A stretch of 64,000 nt of DNA from Clostridia bacterium (GTDB lineage Bacteria > Bacillota > Clostridia > UBA1212 > DUPL01), in contig JBMNIW010000006.1 of assembly GCA_050951325.1 (NCBI GenBank), forward strand, positions 81,036-145,035, read 5' to 3'. Position 1 is the first letter of the stretch. Each line of letters begins with the position of its first letter. A model generated the notes under the pieces. It had not been told where the DNA came from, searched no databases, and was given only the letters and a program-made list of their open reading frames with translations. The translations under genes and the position numbers were made by a program. This document shows positions 20,405 to 30,987 of the stretch, in pieces.

Positions 20405-21058
20405 TTACTTTCCCCCATTTCTCAATACTGAGATTATTTCTCTTGTATCTTCAGCTTTGTAAACTGCAGACCCTGCAACAATAACATTTGCGCCTGCTTC
20501 AATCACATCTTTTACAGTTACTGCATCAACGCCTCCATCAACCTGTATATCCGTATTGAGATTTCTCTCATTAAGCATTCTTCTAAGTTCCCTTATCTTG
20601 TCGGTAACGGAGTGGATATATGATTGACCGCCAAAGCCGGGATTTACGCTCATAAGAAGTATCATATCCACATCTTCCAAAACCGGCTCCACCATGCACA
20701 AAGGAGTTCCGGGATTCAAAGCCACTCCCGCTTTTATACCCAGTTTGTGAATGCTCTGCACTACCCTGTGTATATGTTTTACCGCTTCCACATGTACAGT
20801 AATTATGTCTGCTCCGGCTGCATGATAGTCTTCCAGATATCGCTCTGCATTGTCTATCATAAGGTGGACATCAAAAGGCAGTTTCGTTATCTTTCTTATG
20901 GACTTTATCACCGGCAAACCAATGGTAAGGTTTGGCACGTAATGACCATCCATTACGTCAATATGGACCATGTCCGCTCCAGCTTCCTCTATCTTCCTTA
21001 TCTCATCCCCCAGCATAGCAAAATCCGCCGAAAGTATGGAGGGTGCTATTTTAATCAT
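20405..21058 (-). CDS. rpe: Ribulose-phosphate 3-epimerase
   Basis: [32 protein letters not shown]. Confidence 0.97.
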   Translation of the reverse strand: MIKIAPSILSADFAMLGDEIRKIEEAGADMVHIDVMDGHYVPNLTIGLPVIKSIRKITKLPFDVHLMIDNAERYLEDYHAAGADIITVHVEAVKHIHRVVQSIHKLGIKAGVALNPGTPLCMVEPVLEDVDMILLMSVNPGFGGQSYIHSVTDKIRELRRMLNERNLNTDIQVDGGVDAVTVKDVIEAGANVIVAGSAVYKAEDTREIISVLRNGGK

Positions 21059-21077
21059 AAAATCATCCTTTCATTAG

Positions 21078-21962
21078 CTATTTGTACTTGTTGAGCTCCT
21101 TTTCCTTAAGCTCTTCGTAAATGTATTTGTATCTGTCATACCTTCCTTCAGGAAATAGGCCATTTTCAATCAGCTCATCCACCATGCATCCAAGCTCTTT
21201 GGTATGGCTGCAGTCCTGGAATTTACAGAATGTTTTTCCATCCAGTTCAGGATAATATTTCTGCAGCTCTATCGGTGCAATTTCACCCAGCTCATACATG
21301 CTGAAACCAGGAGAATCTATAACGTAGCCATCCATCTCCTTAAGCGAAAACATTTCAGAATGCCTTGTCGTGTGTTTTCCTCTTTTGGTCTTGTCACTGA
21401 TATCTCCCGTCTCCATGACTTGTGTCTCTAGAATACTGTTAAGAATAGTTGACTTGCCCACACCTGATTGGCCACACATTACAGTTATTTTATCCTCTAA
21501 AAGACTCTTAAGCTCTTCGATGCCTTCTCCTGTAATGGCACAGGTAATGACAATGCTTTGAAGTGCATGTTTATACTCTTTACGTATTTCATCGCAAGCA
21601 AGCCTGTCCTGGTCCGACTTGTTAATTACAAGAATCGGAGTTATGCCCTTGTACAAGGCGGTAATAATGAGTCTGTCTATAAGGAGGAAATCAGGTTTTG
21701 GAAAAATTGGAGCAATTACTATAGCTAGCTGATCAACATTAGCAACACTGGGGCGGACGAGCTTGTTTCTTCTCTCAAAGACCTCGTCAATGACCGCCTC
21801 CATCTTTTCCTCATCTATTTCCGAAATCTCAACATAATCCCCTATTACAGGAGTTAATGCTTCTTTTCTGAATATCCCTCTTGCCCTGCAGACATATGGT
21901 TTTCCATCTTTCCTTACCGTATACAGACCTCCGACTCCCTTTACAATTACTGCTTCTCTCAT
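21078..21962 (-). CDS. rsgA: Ribosome small subunit-dependent GTPase A
   Basis: NKSD, GQSGVGKST, GKHTTR, DSPG, C-terminal CKFQDCSH Zn site. Confidence 0.95.
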   Translation of the reverse strand: MREAVIVKGVGGLYTVRKDGKPYVCRARGIFRKEALTPVIGDYVEISEIDEEKMEAVIDEVFERRNKLVRPSVANVDQLAIVIAPIFPKPDFLLIDRLIITALYKGITPILVINKSDQDRLACDEIRKEYKHALQSIVITCAITGEGIEELKSLLEDKITVMCGQSGVGKSTILNSILETQVMETGDISDKTKRGKHTTRHSEMFSLKEMDGYVIDSPGFSMYELGEIAPIELQKYYPELDGKTFCKFQDCSHTKELGCMVDELIENGLFPEGRYDRYKYIYEELKEKELNKYK

Positions 21963-24184
21963 ACGTGTTGTTCCATGTAAGGATTTCTGTTAAGTCTGAT
22001 TACGACCTTCGTCTTTCCCCTGAAAGACTTTGGCACCATGTACTTTATCGGGAAGTCGGATTCGTCAAAATGGCCGTCTACCAGGATTGAGAGAAGTCCG
22101 TCTGCAGGAGTGCTGTCAATTCTGACATGCACTCTTCCTGATGCAATACCATAAGGATAAAGAAGGATACATTCCTCATACTCCCTAAGGCTCTCAAAAT
22201 CATAAAAATACAAGTCAACAAACTCGTGCTCATTTAAAGTTGTTCCAGGAGCAGGGTACTGATACACCACCTTGTCCGATGCATAAATCCTGCTTGGGTC
22301 CTTGGTGGGCGTCGGCTCCGGAGTCGGTTCTGTTGGTTCTGGTGTACCTTCCGTTGGTTCCGGAGTGTTGAATATATTGAAAAACTCCTCTTCATACGTC
22401 GAAGTAGGCGTTGGTGTTTCCTCTTCCGTTTCAGGAGGTGTTGGCGTTGATTCAGGCTCCTCCGTTTCGGGTGGTTCAGGTGTTGGAGTTTCAGTCTCTA
22501 CAGGAATTGTTGGTGTTGGCGTTGGTGTTGGAGCAGGAGTATGATCAGGGAACAAATCCGTTATATCAGAATCAGGAAACGGATATACCTTTCCTGTTTT
22601 AAGATTAAGCCTCTCCAACTCTTCCATGGCTTCTTCCAGTGTTAGACCTATCAGGTTTGGAACAGTTACCTTCTTGCTCATAATTCCAATGCTCTTGTAC
22701 AGAATTACAGTGTCCCCGGGGGAAACAATAGTGTTTGCCACAGGAGACGTACGGACAATCTTGCCGGCATCCACCGAGTTGCTGGTAACCTCCCTTATTT
22801 CTGTATGCACTCCTTTTGATTCAAGAGCCTGTTCCACAAGTCTGTAGTCTTCGTTTTTATAGTCTTCAAGAACAAAATCGCCTTCTCCGCCGGACACCTC
22901 AATTTGAAGCTTGTCGCCCTTCTTGATGGATGTTCCTGCCTCTACATTCTGTGAGACAATATACCCGGAAGGAAGAATGTCATCATTTACAATATTCTGA
23001 ACAACATTTATTCCATACTCCTTTAGTATGGGAACAACATCATCCGCTCGCAGACCAACGTAATCCTCTATAACATACTTTTCTGAAACCAGGCCGTTAA
23101 TATTTGCATTCATACGGCTTGTAAGGCCTGCTATGAATATGACAACAACAATGCCCGCAAGGATTGAAATGATGTAAGTGATGGTTTTCATAGTCACGCT
23201 TCTTACAATCTCTGCGGTATTGACATAAGGATATTCCGGCTCTGCGGCCACTTCCTCAACTTCATCCACTTCTCTTACGGCATTTTCCATCAGTGCCGTA
23301 TCGACCGGCTCGTAAGCAGGTTCATATTCCTCGTCCAAAAAGGAATGATGAGGATTTTCAATAACCTTGTAAAGCCTGGAAAGCATGTCTCTTGCAGACT
23401 GAAACCGTTTGCCCGGATCCTTCCTTGTTGCCATGACTATAAGGTCGTTGACACCTTTTGGTATTTCAGGATCCACTTCCTTTGGAGGAATTATCTTCCC
23501 GTCCAAGTGTTTCAAGGCAATTGAAATATGGGAATCCCCATCAAAAGGTACCACACCGGTAATGAGCTCGTACAATGTAATTCCTATAGAATAAATATCT
23601 GAGCGCTCGTCGACAAAACCGCCTCTTGCCTGTTCAGGCGACAAGTAGTGCACGCTTCCTGCGCTGTTATCGTTTGCCTGTATCGTTGAATTGCTTACCG
23701 CTCTTGCTATGCCAAAGTCGGTTAGTTTTATGTCGGAAGAATCCGACACCATTATATTCATGGGCTTTATATCCCTGTGTATTATCTGTTTTTCATGAGC
23801 ATGGTCCACAGCTTCAAGAATCTGTTTTGCTATTACCAGAGTGTCCTGCCATGATATGTATTGCATGGCATCGATATAGTCTTTTAATGTGACTCCGTCC
23901 ACATATTCCATTACGATGTATATTACGTTGCCATCCTGCCCAATATCCTTTACAGATACAATATTAGGATGGTTCAGTTTCATGGCTGCTTCAGCTTCCT
24001 TTCTGAACCTCCTTATGAATTCCTCATCCTGGGCATACTCCTCCTTCAATATCTTTATGGCAACAGTTTCACCAGTCCTGACATCCTCTCCCTTGAACAC
24101 AATGGCAGTGCCACCAAGACCGATTCTTTCTATTAATCTATATTTTTTGTTTAGCATGAATCCCTCAATAGAGTTGTTCATCAC
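21959..24184 (-). CDS. pknB: PASTA-domain Ser/Thr kinase (PknB/PrkC/Stk1)
   Basis: VAIK, HRDIKP, DFGIAR, GSVHYLSPEQARG; one TM; three PASTA-like repeats. Confidence 0.93.
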   Translation of the reverse strand: MMNNSIEGFMLNKKYRLIERIGLGGTAIVFKGEDVRTGETVAIKILKEEYAQDEEFIRRFRKEAEAAMKLNHPNIVSVKDIGQDGNVIYIVMEYVDGVTLKDYIDAMQYISWQDTLVIAKQILEAVDHAHEKQIIHRDIKPMNIMVSDSSDIKLTDFGIARAVSNSTIQANDNSAGSVHYLSPEQARGGFVDERSDIYSIGITLYELITGVVPFDGDSHISIALKHLDGKIIPPKEVDPEIPKGVNDLIVMATRKDPGKRFQSARDMLSRLYKVIENPHHSFLDEEYEPAYEPVDTALMENAVREVDEVEEVAAEPEYPYVNTAEIVRSVTMKTITYIISILAGIVVVIFIAGLTSRMNANINGLVSEKYVIEDYVGLRADDVVPILKEYGINVVQNIVNDDILPSGYIVSQNVEAGTSIKKGDKLQIEVSGGEGDFVLEDYKNEDYRLVEQALESKGVHTEIREVTSNSVDAGKIVRTSPVANTIVSPGDTVILYKSIGIMSKKVTVPNLIGLTLEEAMEELERLNLKTGKVYPFPDSDITDLFPDHTPAPTPTPTPTIPVETETPTPEPPETEEPESTPTPPETEEETPTPTSTYEEEFFNIFNTPEPTEGTPEPTEPTPEPTPTKDPSRIYASDKVVYQYPAPGTTLNEHEFVDLYFYDFESLREYEECILLYPYGIASGRVHVRIDSTPADGLLSILVDGHFDESDFPIKYMVPKSFRGKTKVVIRLNRNPYMEQHV

Positions 24185-24197
24185 ATACCTCCATTAT

Positions 24198-24929
24198 TTA
24201 CAGGCGGACCACAATTATGGTTATATTGTCGTTTCCGCCGTTTCTCTTGGCCTCATTAATGAGGTTGTCACAAATCTCCTCGGGAGATTCGTATTTGCTC
24301 GCAATTTTATATATCATCTCGTCACTTACCATTGAATTGAGACCGTCCGAGCACATTATTAACAGATCTCCTTCTTTATAAGTAAGTTCGAAAGTATCCA
24401 CTGCAATTTCGGGTACAATTCCCAAAGCCCTCGTAATTATGTTTCTGTCGGGATGTTCATTTGCCAGATCCCTGTCAAGAAGGCCGTTCCTTATTAAATA
24501 CTCAATATATGAATGATCGATGGTAAGCTGCTTCCTTTCATTATCGGAAAGAAAATATGCACGGCTGTCACCGACATTGGCAACAATGATGTAGTTTGGA
24601 GTTATGATTGAGATTACAGAAGTAGTTCCCATTCCTGCATAATTGTAATTATCATTGGATGCATCATATATTGCGCAATTAATCTTTTTGAGTGTGTTTA
24701 TTGCGAAATTTCTCACAGATCTTTTTGTTTTGCTGCCCTTGTATTTCCTTGCAGCATCAAGAAAGCTCTCTACGGCCATGCTGCTTGCCACATCGCCGGC
24801 ATTATGTCCTCCCATGCCATCAGCAATGATGAAGAAGGACATCTCGCACTCATCACAAATATACCAACCGTAACAATCCTCATTTGATAGCCTTTTGTGG
24901 CCAATATCGCTTTTTCCGTAGTAAACCAT
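24198..24929 (-). CDS. PP2C-type Ser/Thr phosphatase (Stp1/PrpC)
   Basis: NED, ADGMGGH, GMGTT, NVGDSR, CSDGL, GGNDNIT. Confidence 0.95.
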   Translation of the reverse strand: MVYYGKSDIGHKRLSNEDCYGWYICDECEMSFFIIADGMGGHNAGDVASSMAVESFLDAARKYKGSKTKRSVRNFAINTLKKINCAIYDASNDNYNYAGMGTTSVISIITPNYIIVANVGDSRAYFLSDNERKQLTIDHSYIEYLIRNGLLDRDLANEHPDRNIITRALGIVPEIAVDTFELTYKEGDLLIMCSDGLNSMVSDEMIYKIASKYESPEEICDNLINEAKRNGGNDNITIIVVRL

Positions 24930-24932
24930 ATG

Positions 24933-25952
24933 TTACACCTTTGTCCTTCTAAGCTGCCCGCATGCAGCCTCAATATCAGGACCGAGTTCCCTCCTAACAG
25001 TTACAGATATGCCGCTTAGGCTTAGTATTTTCTCAAACTTCCTTATATTCTCATCCCTGCTTCTTTCATATCTGCTGGTTTCTATCTTGTTTACCGGTAT
25101 CAGGTTGACATGACAAAGCATGCCTTTTACAAGTCTGACCAAATCTTCAGCATGCGTCTTAGTATCATTCACCCCGGATATCATAGCATATTCAAATGTA
25201 ATTCGTCTACCTGTTTTTTCAACATATTTCCTACAAGCATCCATAAGCTGGTCTATGGGATACTTTATGTTTACAGGCATCATTTCTTTTCTTTCCCCAT
25301 CGTACGGTGAATGCAACGATACCGACAAGGTAACAGGCAAATTTTCATCTGCCAGTCTTTCAATTCCGGGAATCAATCCGCATGTAGACAGGGAGATCTT
25401 TCTCAAACTAATTCCAAGGCCGTCTCCCGCCTCTTTAATAAATTTGACTACATTGTCATAATTGTCCAAAGGTTCTCCAATACCCATTATTACCACATTT
25501 CCAACCCTCACACCTGCATCCGATTGCATTGTAAGTATCTGTGAAAGCATCTCTCCCGATGTAAGGTTTCTTTCAAAGGACAGCCCGGTGGATGCGCAAA
25601 ACCTGCATCCCATTTTGCAGCCAACCTGTGAGGATATGCAGGCGGAATAGCCGTATTTGTACTTCATGAGAACACTTTCAATTACATTTCCGTCTCCCAG
25701 ATCAAAAAGATACTTTTTAGTTCCATCTATATTTGATTCCAGCTTCCTTACTATCTCAAGCCTTCCAGTACATGCAACATTGTCAAGTTTCTCCCTTGTT
25801 TCAACTGGAAGATCCGTCATCTTGGAAAATTCAAAAACACCCTTGTATATATTACTCCTTATCTGTGCTGCCCTGTATTTGGGAAGACCCAGTCCAGATA
25901 CATATTCTTTTAGTTCATCCAATGTATAATCGAGAAGGTTTGTCTTCTTCAC
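24933..25952 (-). CDS. rlmN: 23S rRNA m2A2503/tRNA methyltransferase (radical SAM)
   Basis: CISSQVGCKMGCRFC, MGIGEP, AACGQL. Confidence 0.96.
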   Translation of the reverse strand: MKKTNLLDYTLDELKEYVSGLGLPKYRAAQIRSNIYKGVFEFSKMTDLPVETREKLDNVACTGRLEIVRKLESNIDGTKKYLFDLGDGNVIESVLMKYKYGYSACISSQVGCKMGCRFCASTGLSFERNLTSGEMLSQILTMQSDAGVRVGNVVIMGIGEPLDNYDNVVKFIKEAGDGLGISLRKISLSTCGLIPGIERLADENLPVTLSVSLHSPYDGERKEMMPVNIKYPIDQLMDACRKYVEKTGRRITFEYAMISGVNDTKTHAEDLVRLVKGMLCHVNLIPVNKIETSRYERSRDENIRKFEKILSLSGISVTVRRELGPDIEAACGQLRRTKV

Positions 25953-25962
25953 ATTTTCACCT

Positions 25963-26907
25963 TCAATTTAATATTGTTCCAGGAGGCATGGGATGTCCGT
26001 TGTTGTAATCCCAGACATGCATTCTCTTTGCATTTTCTCCCTGTACTTCAATAATTCTGACAACACCCAAACCCGCTTTCACCAATGCACCTGTTTGATC
26101 TATTTCAACAACTTCTCCAGGTCTTGCATCTTCAACATCCATATCAACAAGAGCTGTCTTCCATATCTTAAGCTTCTTGCCATCTACAAAGCAATAACTT
26201 CCTGGAAAGGGATTTGTGCCCCTAACAAGATTATGCACATCCAAAGCGGATTTTTTGAAATCTATTCTTCCCGTTTCCCTTGTTACCATGGGAGCATAAG
26301 TTGCCTCGTCATGGTTCTGAGGTATCCTTTTAAGAGTTCCATCCATAAGCTTATCAATTGTTTCTATGATAACAACACTGCCAAGCTCCGCCAGCACATC
26401 ATGCAGCTCTCCCATGGTCATGTCAACGGGAATGTCAATCTCTCTGGCAAGTAGAATATCACCCGTATCCATGCCCACATCCGTCATCATGGTGGTAATT
26501 CCAGTTTCCTTTTCTCCATCTATTATGCAGTGCCAAAGAGGAGCAGCCCCCCTATACTTTGGCAAAAGGGATGCATGTATGTTTATGCACCCGAACTTCG
26601 GTATTGAGATAATACTCTCAGGTAGTATCTTTCCATAAGCGCATGTCACAAAAACATCCGCACCATAGGATGTCAAGGCATCGTAAAATTCCTTTGCCTT
26701 CACGCTCTCAGGCTGCAGAACATCAATCCCTTTACTCTCTGCATACACCTTTGTACACGGACTGGTTACTTTTCCTCCCCTGCCCTTTGGCTTGTCCGGG
26801 TTTGTGACAACGCAAACCACATCATGATGCACATCCAAAGCTTTCAGGGAAGGCAGGGCGAACTCAGGAGTACCCATGAATACAATTTTCAATCTTTTAT
26901 TCATCAA
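25963..26907 (-). CDS. fmt: Methionyl-tRNA formyltransferase
   Basis: VFMGTPEFA, NIHASLLPKYRGAAP, GMDTGD. Confidence 0.97.
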   Translation of the reverse strand: MMNKRLKIVFMGTPEFALPSLKALDVHHDVVCVVTNPDKPKGRGGKVTSPCTKVYAESKGIDVLQPESVKAKEFYDALTSYGADVFVTCAYGKILPESIISIPKFGCINIHASLLPKYRGAAPLWHCIIDGEKETGITTMMTDVGMDTGDILLAREIDIPVDMTMGELHDVLAELGSVVIIETIDKLMDGTLKRIPQNHDEATYAPMVTRETGRIDFKKSALDVHNLVRGTNPFPGSYCFVDGKKLKIWKTALVDMDVEDARPGEVVEIDQTGALVKAGLGVVRIIEVQGENAKRMHVWDYNNGHPMPPGTILN

Positions 26908-27396
26908 TCACTCATCCTCGTCAGACAATTCTTTATCCTCTTCAAGCTTGGCAAATTCATATGCCTTGTCTTTGTAGAGAACTCCATCCAAATGGTCAAG
27001 CTCGTGACTTAATATGTTTGCTAGCATTCCGTTTGCCTTTATCTCAATCTCTTCACCATTTTCATTCAATGCCTTTACATGTATCTCAGACGGTCTTTTT
27101 ACATAGCCGTAATATCCTGGAATACTGAGACATCCTTCCTTTGACTCCTGTTCTCCGATTTCGCTGACTATATATGGATTTATCAGTGCGTATTTTGCAC
27201 CGTTGTAATCGTCTATGACTACAATTCTGCGAACAATCCCGATTTGGGGCGCTGCAAGGCCGACTCCGTTCAACTCGTACATCGTGTCGAACATGTCTTC
27301 TATAAGTCTTTTTATTCTTGGGCTTATCTCGTTTACCTTCTTGCACTTGACCCTGAGTACGGGATCGCCTTCATATCTTACCTGCCTAACTGCCAT
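26908..27396 (-). CDS. def: Peptide deformylase
   Basis: GVGLAAPQIG, EGCLSIP, HELDHLDG. Confidence 0.97.
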   Translation of the reverse strand: MAVRQVRYEGDPVLRVKCKKVNEISPRIKRLIEDMFDTMYELNGVGLAAPQIGIVRRIVVIDDYNGAKYALINPYIVSEIGEQESKEGCLSIPGYYGYVKRPSEIHVKALNENGEEIEIKANGMLANILSHELDHLDGVLYKDKAYEFAKLEEDKELSDEDE

Positions 27397-27474
27397 AATT
27401 CTCTTCCTTTATATTGATATTTTATATTTTATTTTGTCAATATATATTACCATATACGACATCTCTTTTCAATT

Positions 27475-29715
27475 CTATATCATAAAGCCGGGATTTATGT
27501 CATACATCATACTTATGTCGTTTTTAACGTACTTGTTATCCTTCCTTATTTCCTCCAAGTACTCTCTAAATAAATCAACCAACAAGTCCCGGTCTGAACA
27601 TTTTACAATAAGGCGCCATCTGTATTTGTTGTTTATCTTGGGAATACCGCTTCTGGTAGGACCTAACACCTCCGTCCCTTTATCCTTCACAAGACCCACC
27701 AGAACCTTCCTATGCAATGCCGCCATATCATAAACATCCTTGTCGTTCACTCCACTGAACCTGACAGCTCCAATTTCGCAAAACGGAGGATACCACAGTT
27801 TTTGTCTTACCAGTATTTCATTTCTGTAAAAATCCTCATACACTCCATTGGCAGCACATTCAATTGCATAGTCATCTATATTATATGCTTGAATTATAAC
27901 TCTGCCAGGAAGTTCATCCCTGCCTGCACGACCAGACACTTGTGTCAATAGCTGGTACGCTTTTTCCTGCGCCCTGTAATCCTGCAGATTAATAAGGGAA
28001 TCTGCATTAATAACTCCTACTAGTGTTACCAATGGAAAGTCATGACCTTTTGCAATCATCTGGGTACCGACCAAAAAGTCAGCCCTTTCATCCCTAAACT
28101 TTTGTATCATCTTTGCATGCCCGTCCTTTACGGAGGTTGTGTCCGTATCCATCCTTACAACAGTGCACCCGGGAAACTGTTTTTTAAGCGCCTCTTCAAC
28201 TTTTTCCGTACCTATCCCCTTTCTTATAAAAGAAACACTCTTGCAGTGGGGGCATGTCTTTGGAGCTGGCGCGGTATTGCCACAGTAGTGGCAGACAATC
28301 CTCTCCTGCTTCAAATGCAGTGTCATTGGTATATTGCATCGTCTGCATTTCATGGTCTTTCCGCAGCTTTGGCACTGCAAATTTCTCGAAAAACCCCTTC
28401 TGTTTATGAAAAGAACTGTCTGCTCGTTTGCTTCAAGGTTCTTTTTCATCTCCTGCAGGAGTCTTTGTGAGAACATGTTGTCGCCAAGCCCCATTTCCCT
28501 TCGCATGTCAACTATCTCAATTGGAGGGAGCAAAGACACATCCTTCGCTCTTTGTTTAAGAGTGAACAGATGCACATCTCCCTTTGTCGCCCTATAATAT
28601 GTACTGATATTGGGTGTGGCTGAACCATAAATGACGATGGCACCATTCATTTTCGCCCTCATCACACAGACCTCATGGGCAAGATATCTTGGCGCCAAGT
28701 CATCTGACTTGTATGTATCTTCCTGCTCTTCATCTATTATGAAAAGAGAGACATTGTCAAACGGAGCAAAAACGCAACTTCTTGCGCCAACCGCCACCGA
28801 CACCTCTCCCCTTCTTATACTTTTCCACTCCATGTTCCTTTCATTATCAGTAAGCCTTGAGTGAAGTATTGCCACCTTGTTTCCAAATCTGCCGGTGAGT
28901 CTTTCCACCATCTGGGGTGTAAGGGATATCTCAGGAACCAAAAGTATGGAGTTTCCTCCCTTTTCCATAACCTTGGCTATGAGCTGCATGTACACTTCCG
29001 TCTTGCCACTGCCTGTAACTCCATGCAATAGTACTTCTGCAAACTCTTCCTTTTCAATCATCCTGCAAACTTCTTCATAAACAGCTTTCTGCTCGTTGTT
29101 AAGCACCAACGGCTCGGATGTAATCTCAATATTTTTTGGTTTTTCTTCCTCCAACACACGTTCCTTGTATACTATTATGTGCCCATTGTCCTTAAGTTTG
29201 TTTATTATATACATGCTTGCCTGGGTTGCATTCATAAGCTCGCTTGTCAGCATTGGTCCTTCGAAAAGTGCTTGCAACACCTTTATGTACTTAATATTCC
29301 TAAACTCTTCTGATTTGATAATCTGCCTGGTTTCTTCCTCACTTCCTGCAAGTTTTGCCACATTCTGCAGTCTGCCTTTGTTTCCTTCAGGAGGTATCAT
29401 ACACCTTGCCGCCTCTCCGATGGTGCAGAGATACGTCTCATGCATTTTCCGAGCCAAAACCATCTCCTTTTCTGTCAACGGTTCAATATCTGCAATACTT
29501 TGAATCTCCTTAAGCTCATATTCACCTGAATAACTTTCCTGAAGCTCCCAGACAAGAGCTGCAACCTTTTTGTTACCCTTCCCAAAAGGCACGGTGACAA
29601 ACACACCTTCCGACACATCATTCGCCAGGTGCTTTGGTACAATGTAACTGTATTTGTTATCATATATGAAGTTGCTATCAAGAAGGTATACGTTTGCTAT
29701 CATCTTTCTCCCCAA
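27475..29715 (-). CDS. priA: Primosomal protein N'
   Basis: GVTGSGKT, DEEQ (DExH variant), four CxxC pairs, GTQMIAKG, QVSGRAGR. Confidence 0.96.
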   Translation of the reverse strand: MGRKMIANVYLLDSNFIYDNKYSYIVPKHLANDVSEGVFVTVPFGKGNKKVAALVWELQESYSGEYELKEIQSIADIEPLTEKEMVLARKMHETYLCTIGEAARCMIPPEGNKGRLQNVAKLAGSEEETRQIIKSEEFRNIKYIKVLQALFEGPMLTSELMNATQASMYIINKLKDNGHIIVYKERVLEEEKPKNIEITSEPLVLNNEQKAVYEEVCRMIEKEEFAEVLLHGVTGSGKTEVYMQLIAKVMEKGGNSILLVPEISLTPQMVERLTGRFGNKVAILHSRLTDNERNMEWKSIRRGEVSVAVGARSCVFAPFDNVSLFIIDEEQEDTYKSDDLAPRYLAHEVCVMRAKMNGAIVIYGSATPNISTYYRATKGDVHLFTLKQRAKDVSLLPPIEIVDMRREMGLGDNMFSQRLLQEMKKNLEANEQTVLFINRRGFSRNLQCQSCGKTMKCRRCNIPMTLHLKQERIVCHYCGNTAPAPKTCPHCKSVSFIRKGIGTEKVEEALKKQFPGCTVVRMDTDTTSVKDGHAKMIQKFRDERADFLVGTQMIAKGHDFPLVTLVGVINADSLINLQDYRAQEKAYQLLTQVSGRAGRDELPGRVIIQAYNIDDYAIECAANGVYEDFYRNEILVRQKLWYPPFCEIGAVRFSGVNDKDVYDMAALHRKVLVGLVKDKGTEVLGPTRSGIPKINNKYRWRLIVKCSDRDLLVDLFREYLEEIRKDNKYVKNDISMMYDINPGFMI

Positions 29716-29782
29716 TTAAAAAGGCGGTACACATTATTATGAGTATCCGCCATTTTGTTCAATATTCCTTTTATTTAATGAC

Positions 29783-30193
29783 TCAAACAGCATACTCCTT
29801 AATAAATTCAGGAATATTGTTTTCATCTCCATTAATACTCATATAAAAGTTAACGTCATGCTCTTTGGAAATCTTGGATACGCCTTCGAAAAACTTTTTT
29901 AATGACTCTGCGTCCTGGTGAACTATATACGTAAGTCCATCTATGAAAATCGTTTCTATGTCATAATTCTGGGAAACCACACCGCATAGAAAACCTAGAA
30001 ATGCTTCAGAACCGTAAACAGGATAATCGAGAATGTTGATAAATCTGATCTTGTGAGACAATTTTATGAGCAGCTCGTTGCTGTCATCAATGAATACAAC
30101 AACTCCGGAACTTTCCCTGGCAAGATTGTTTGCATCTTCCAACATCTTCTTAGTCTTGCCCGTTCCTTTACTGCCATAGAGTACCTTAACCAT
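29783..30193 (-). CDS. Small conserved clostridial P-loop protein
   Basis: N-terminal GSKGTGKT Walker A; NYDIETIFIDGL. Confidence 0.8.
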   Translation of the reverse strand: MVKVLYGSKGTGKTKKMLEDANNLARESSGVVVFIDDSNELLIKLSHKIRFINILDYPVYGSEAFLGFLCGVVSQNYDIETIFIDGLTYIVHQDAESLKKFFEGVSKISKEHDVNFYMSINGDENNIPEFIKEYAV

Positions 30194-30247
30194 AATAGCA
30201 TCCCTCCGATATTTTTCTATACTCATATTCTACTATATTTACAAAAA

Positions 30248-30895
30248 TTATTCAAGAAAATTATCCGGCCTCGGTGTTACCAATTCCACCCTGGAAACCG
30301 ACACCTCATAAGCCACCCTTGTTTCCGTCTCTCCCGAGGGCAGCACTTTCTCATATTCCCTGCTTTGCACCCTTCCAAAAATCCTGATATTGTCCCCAAC
30401 GGACAAATTCTTGGCAAATCTTGCATTTCTTCCCCACAAAATACAGGGTATGTAATCTGAACGATTGTATGGACGGTTTACCGCAAGTAGAATATCAGCT
30501 ATTTCACGGTTAAAGGGAGTAACTCTGTAAACAGGCTGTTTGCAGATAAAACCATTCAATTCAATCTGATTCATATCCGGCTTATCCGGTTTTGTATCAG
30601 CAATATTAATATCCTTCACGAATAAAGTAAGCATCAACCTGGATTCTCCGTCCGCCATGTTGTATGATCTAAACTGACCGTTCACTTCCACGTATTTGCC
30701 CTTTTGAAGCTTTTCTATGGGTACAATTCTTTCGGAAATTGTGACAGGTATTGTATCATAACTTTTGCTCAGTCTCATTACGACAACATAAAAATTGTAA
30801 AACGACTCTCCATATATCTTATGACTGTATTCAATTTCGGAGGATATTATTCCTGATATTGACGCAACATTATTCTCTGCAAGTTCAGCTGACAC
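30248..30895 (-). CDS. Clostridial double-OB-fold single-stranded DNA-binding protein
   Basis: Two OB-like halves (GQFRSYN; GRVQSREY); SDYIPCILWGRNA. Confidence 0.85.
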   Translation of the reverse strand: MSAELAENNVASISGIISSEIEYSHKIYGESFYNFYVVVMRLSKSYDTIPVTISERIVPIEKLQKGKYVEVNGQFRSYNMADGESRLMLTLFVKDINIADTKPDKPDMNQIELNGFICKQPVYRVTPFNREIADILLAVNRPYNRSDYIPCILWGRNARFAKNLSVGDNIRIFGRVQSREYEKVLPSGETETRVAYEVSVSRVELVTPRPDNFLE

Positions 30896-30987
30896 AAAAA
30901 AACTCCCTTCTCTGTTGTAATTAAAACAAGTTTTTTCCTATGGCGACTTCCATTATATACAATAACAAAGGTTAATGCAATTACTTT

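Noticed and set aside
22300-22545. Short tandem repeats as a possible CRISPR array or VNTR
   Set aside because: They are degenerate codon repeats inside a CDS, with no constant repeat-spacer period and no cas genes.
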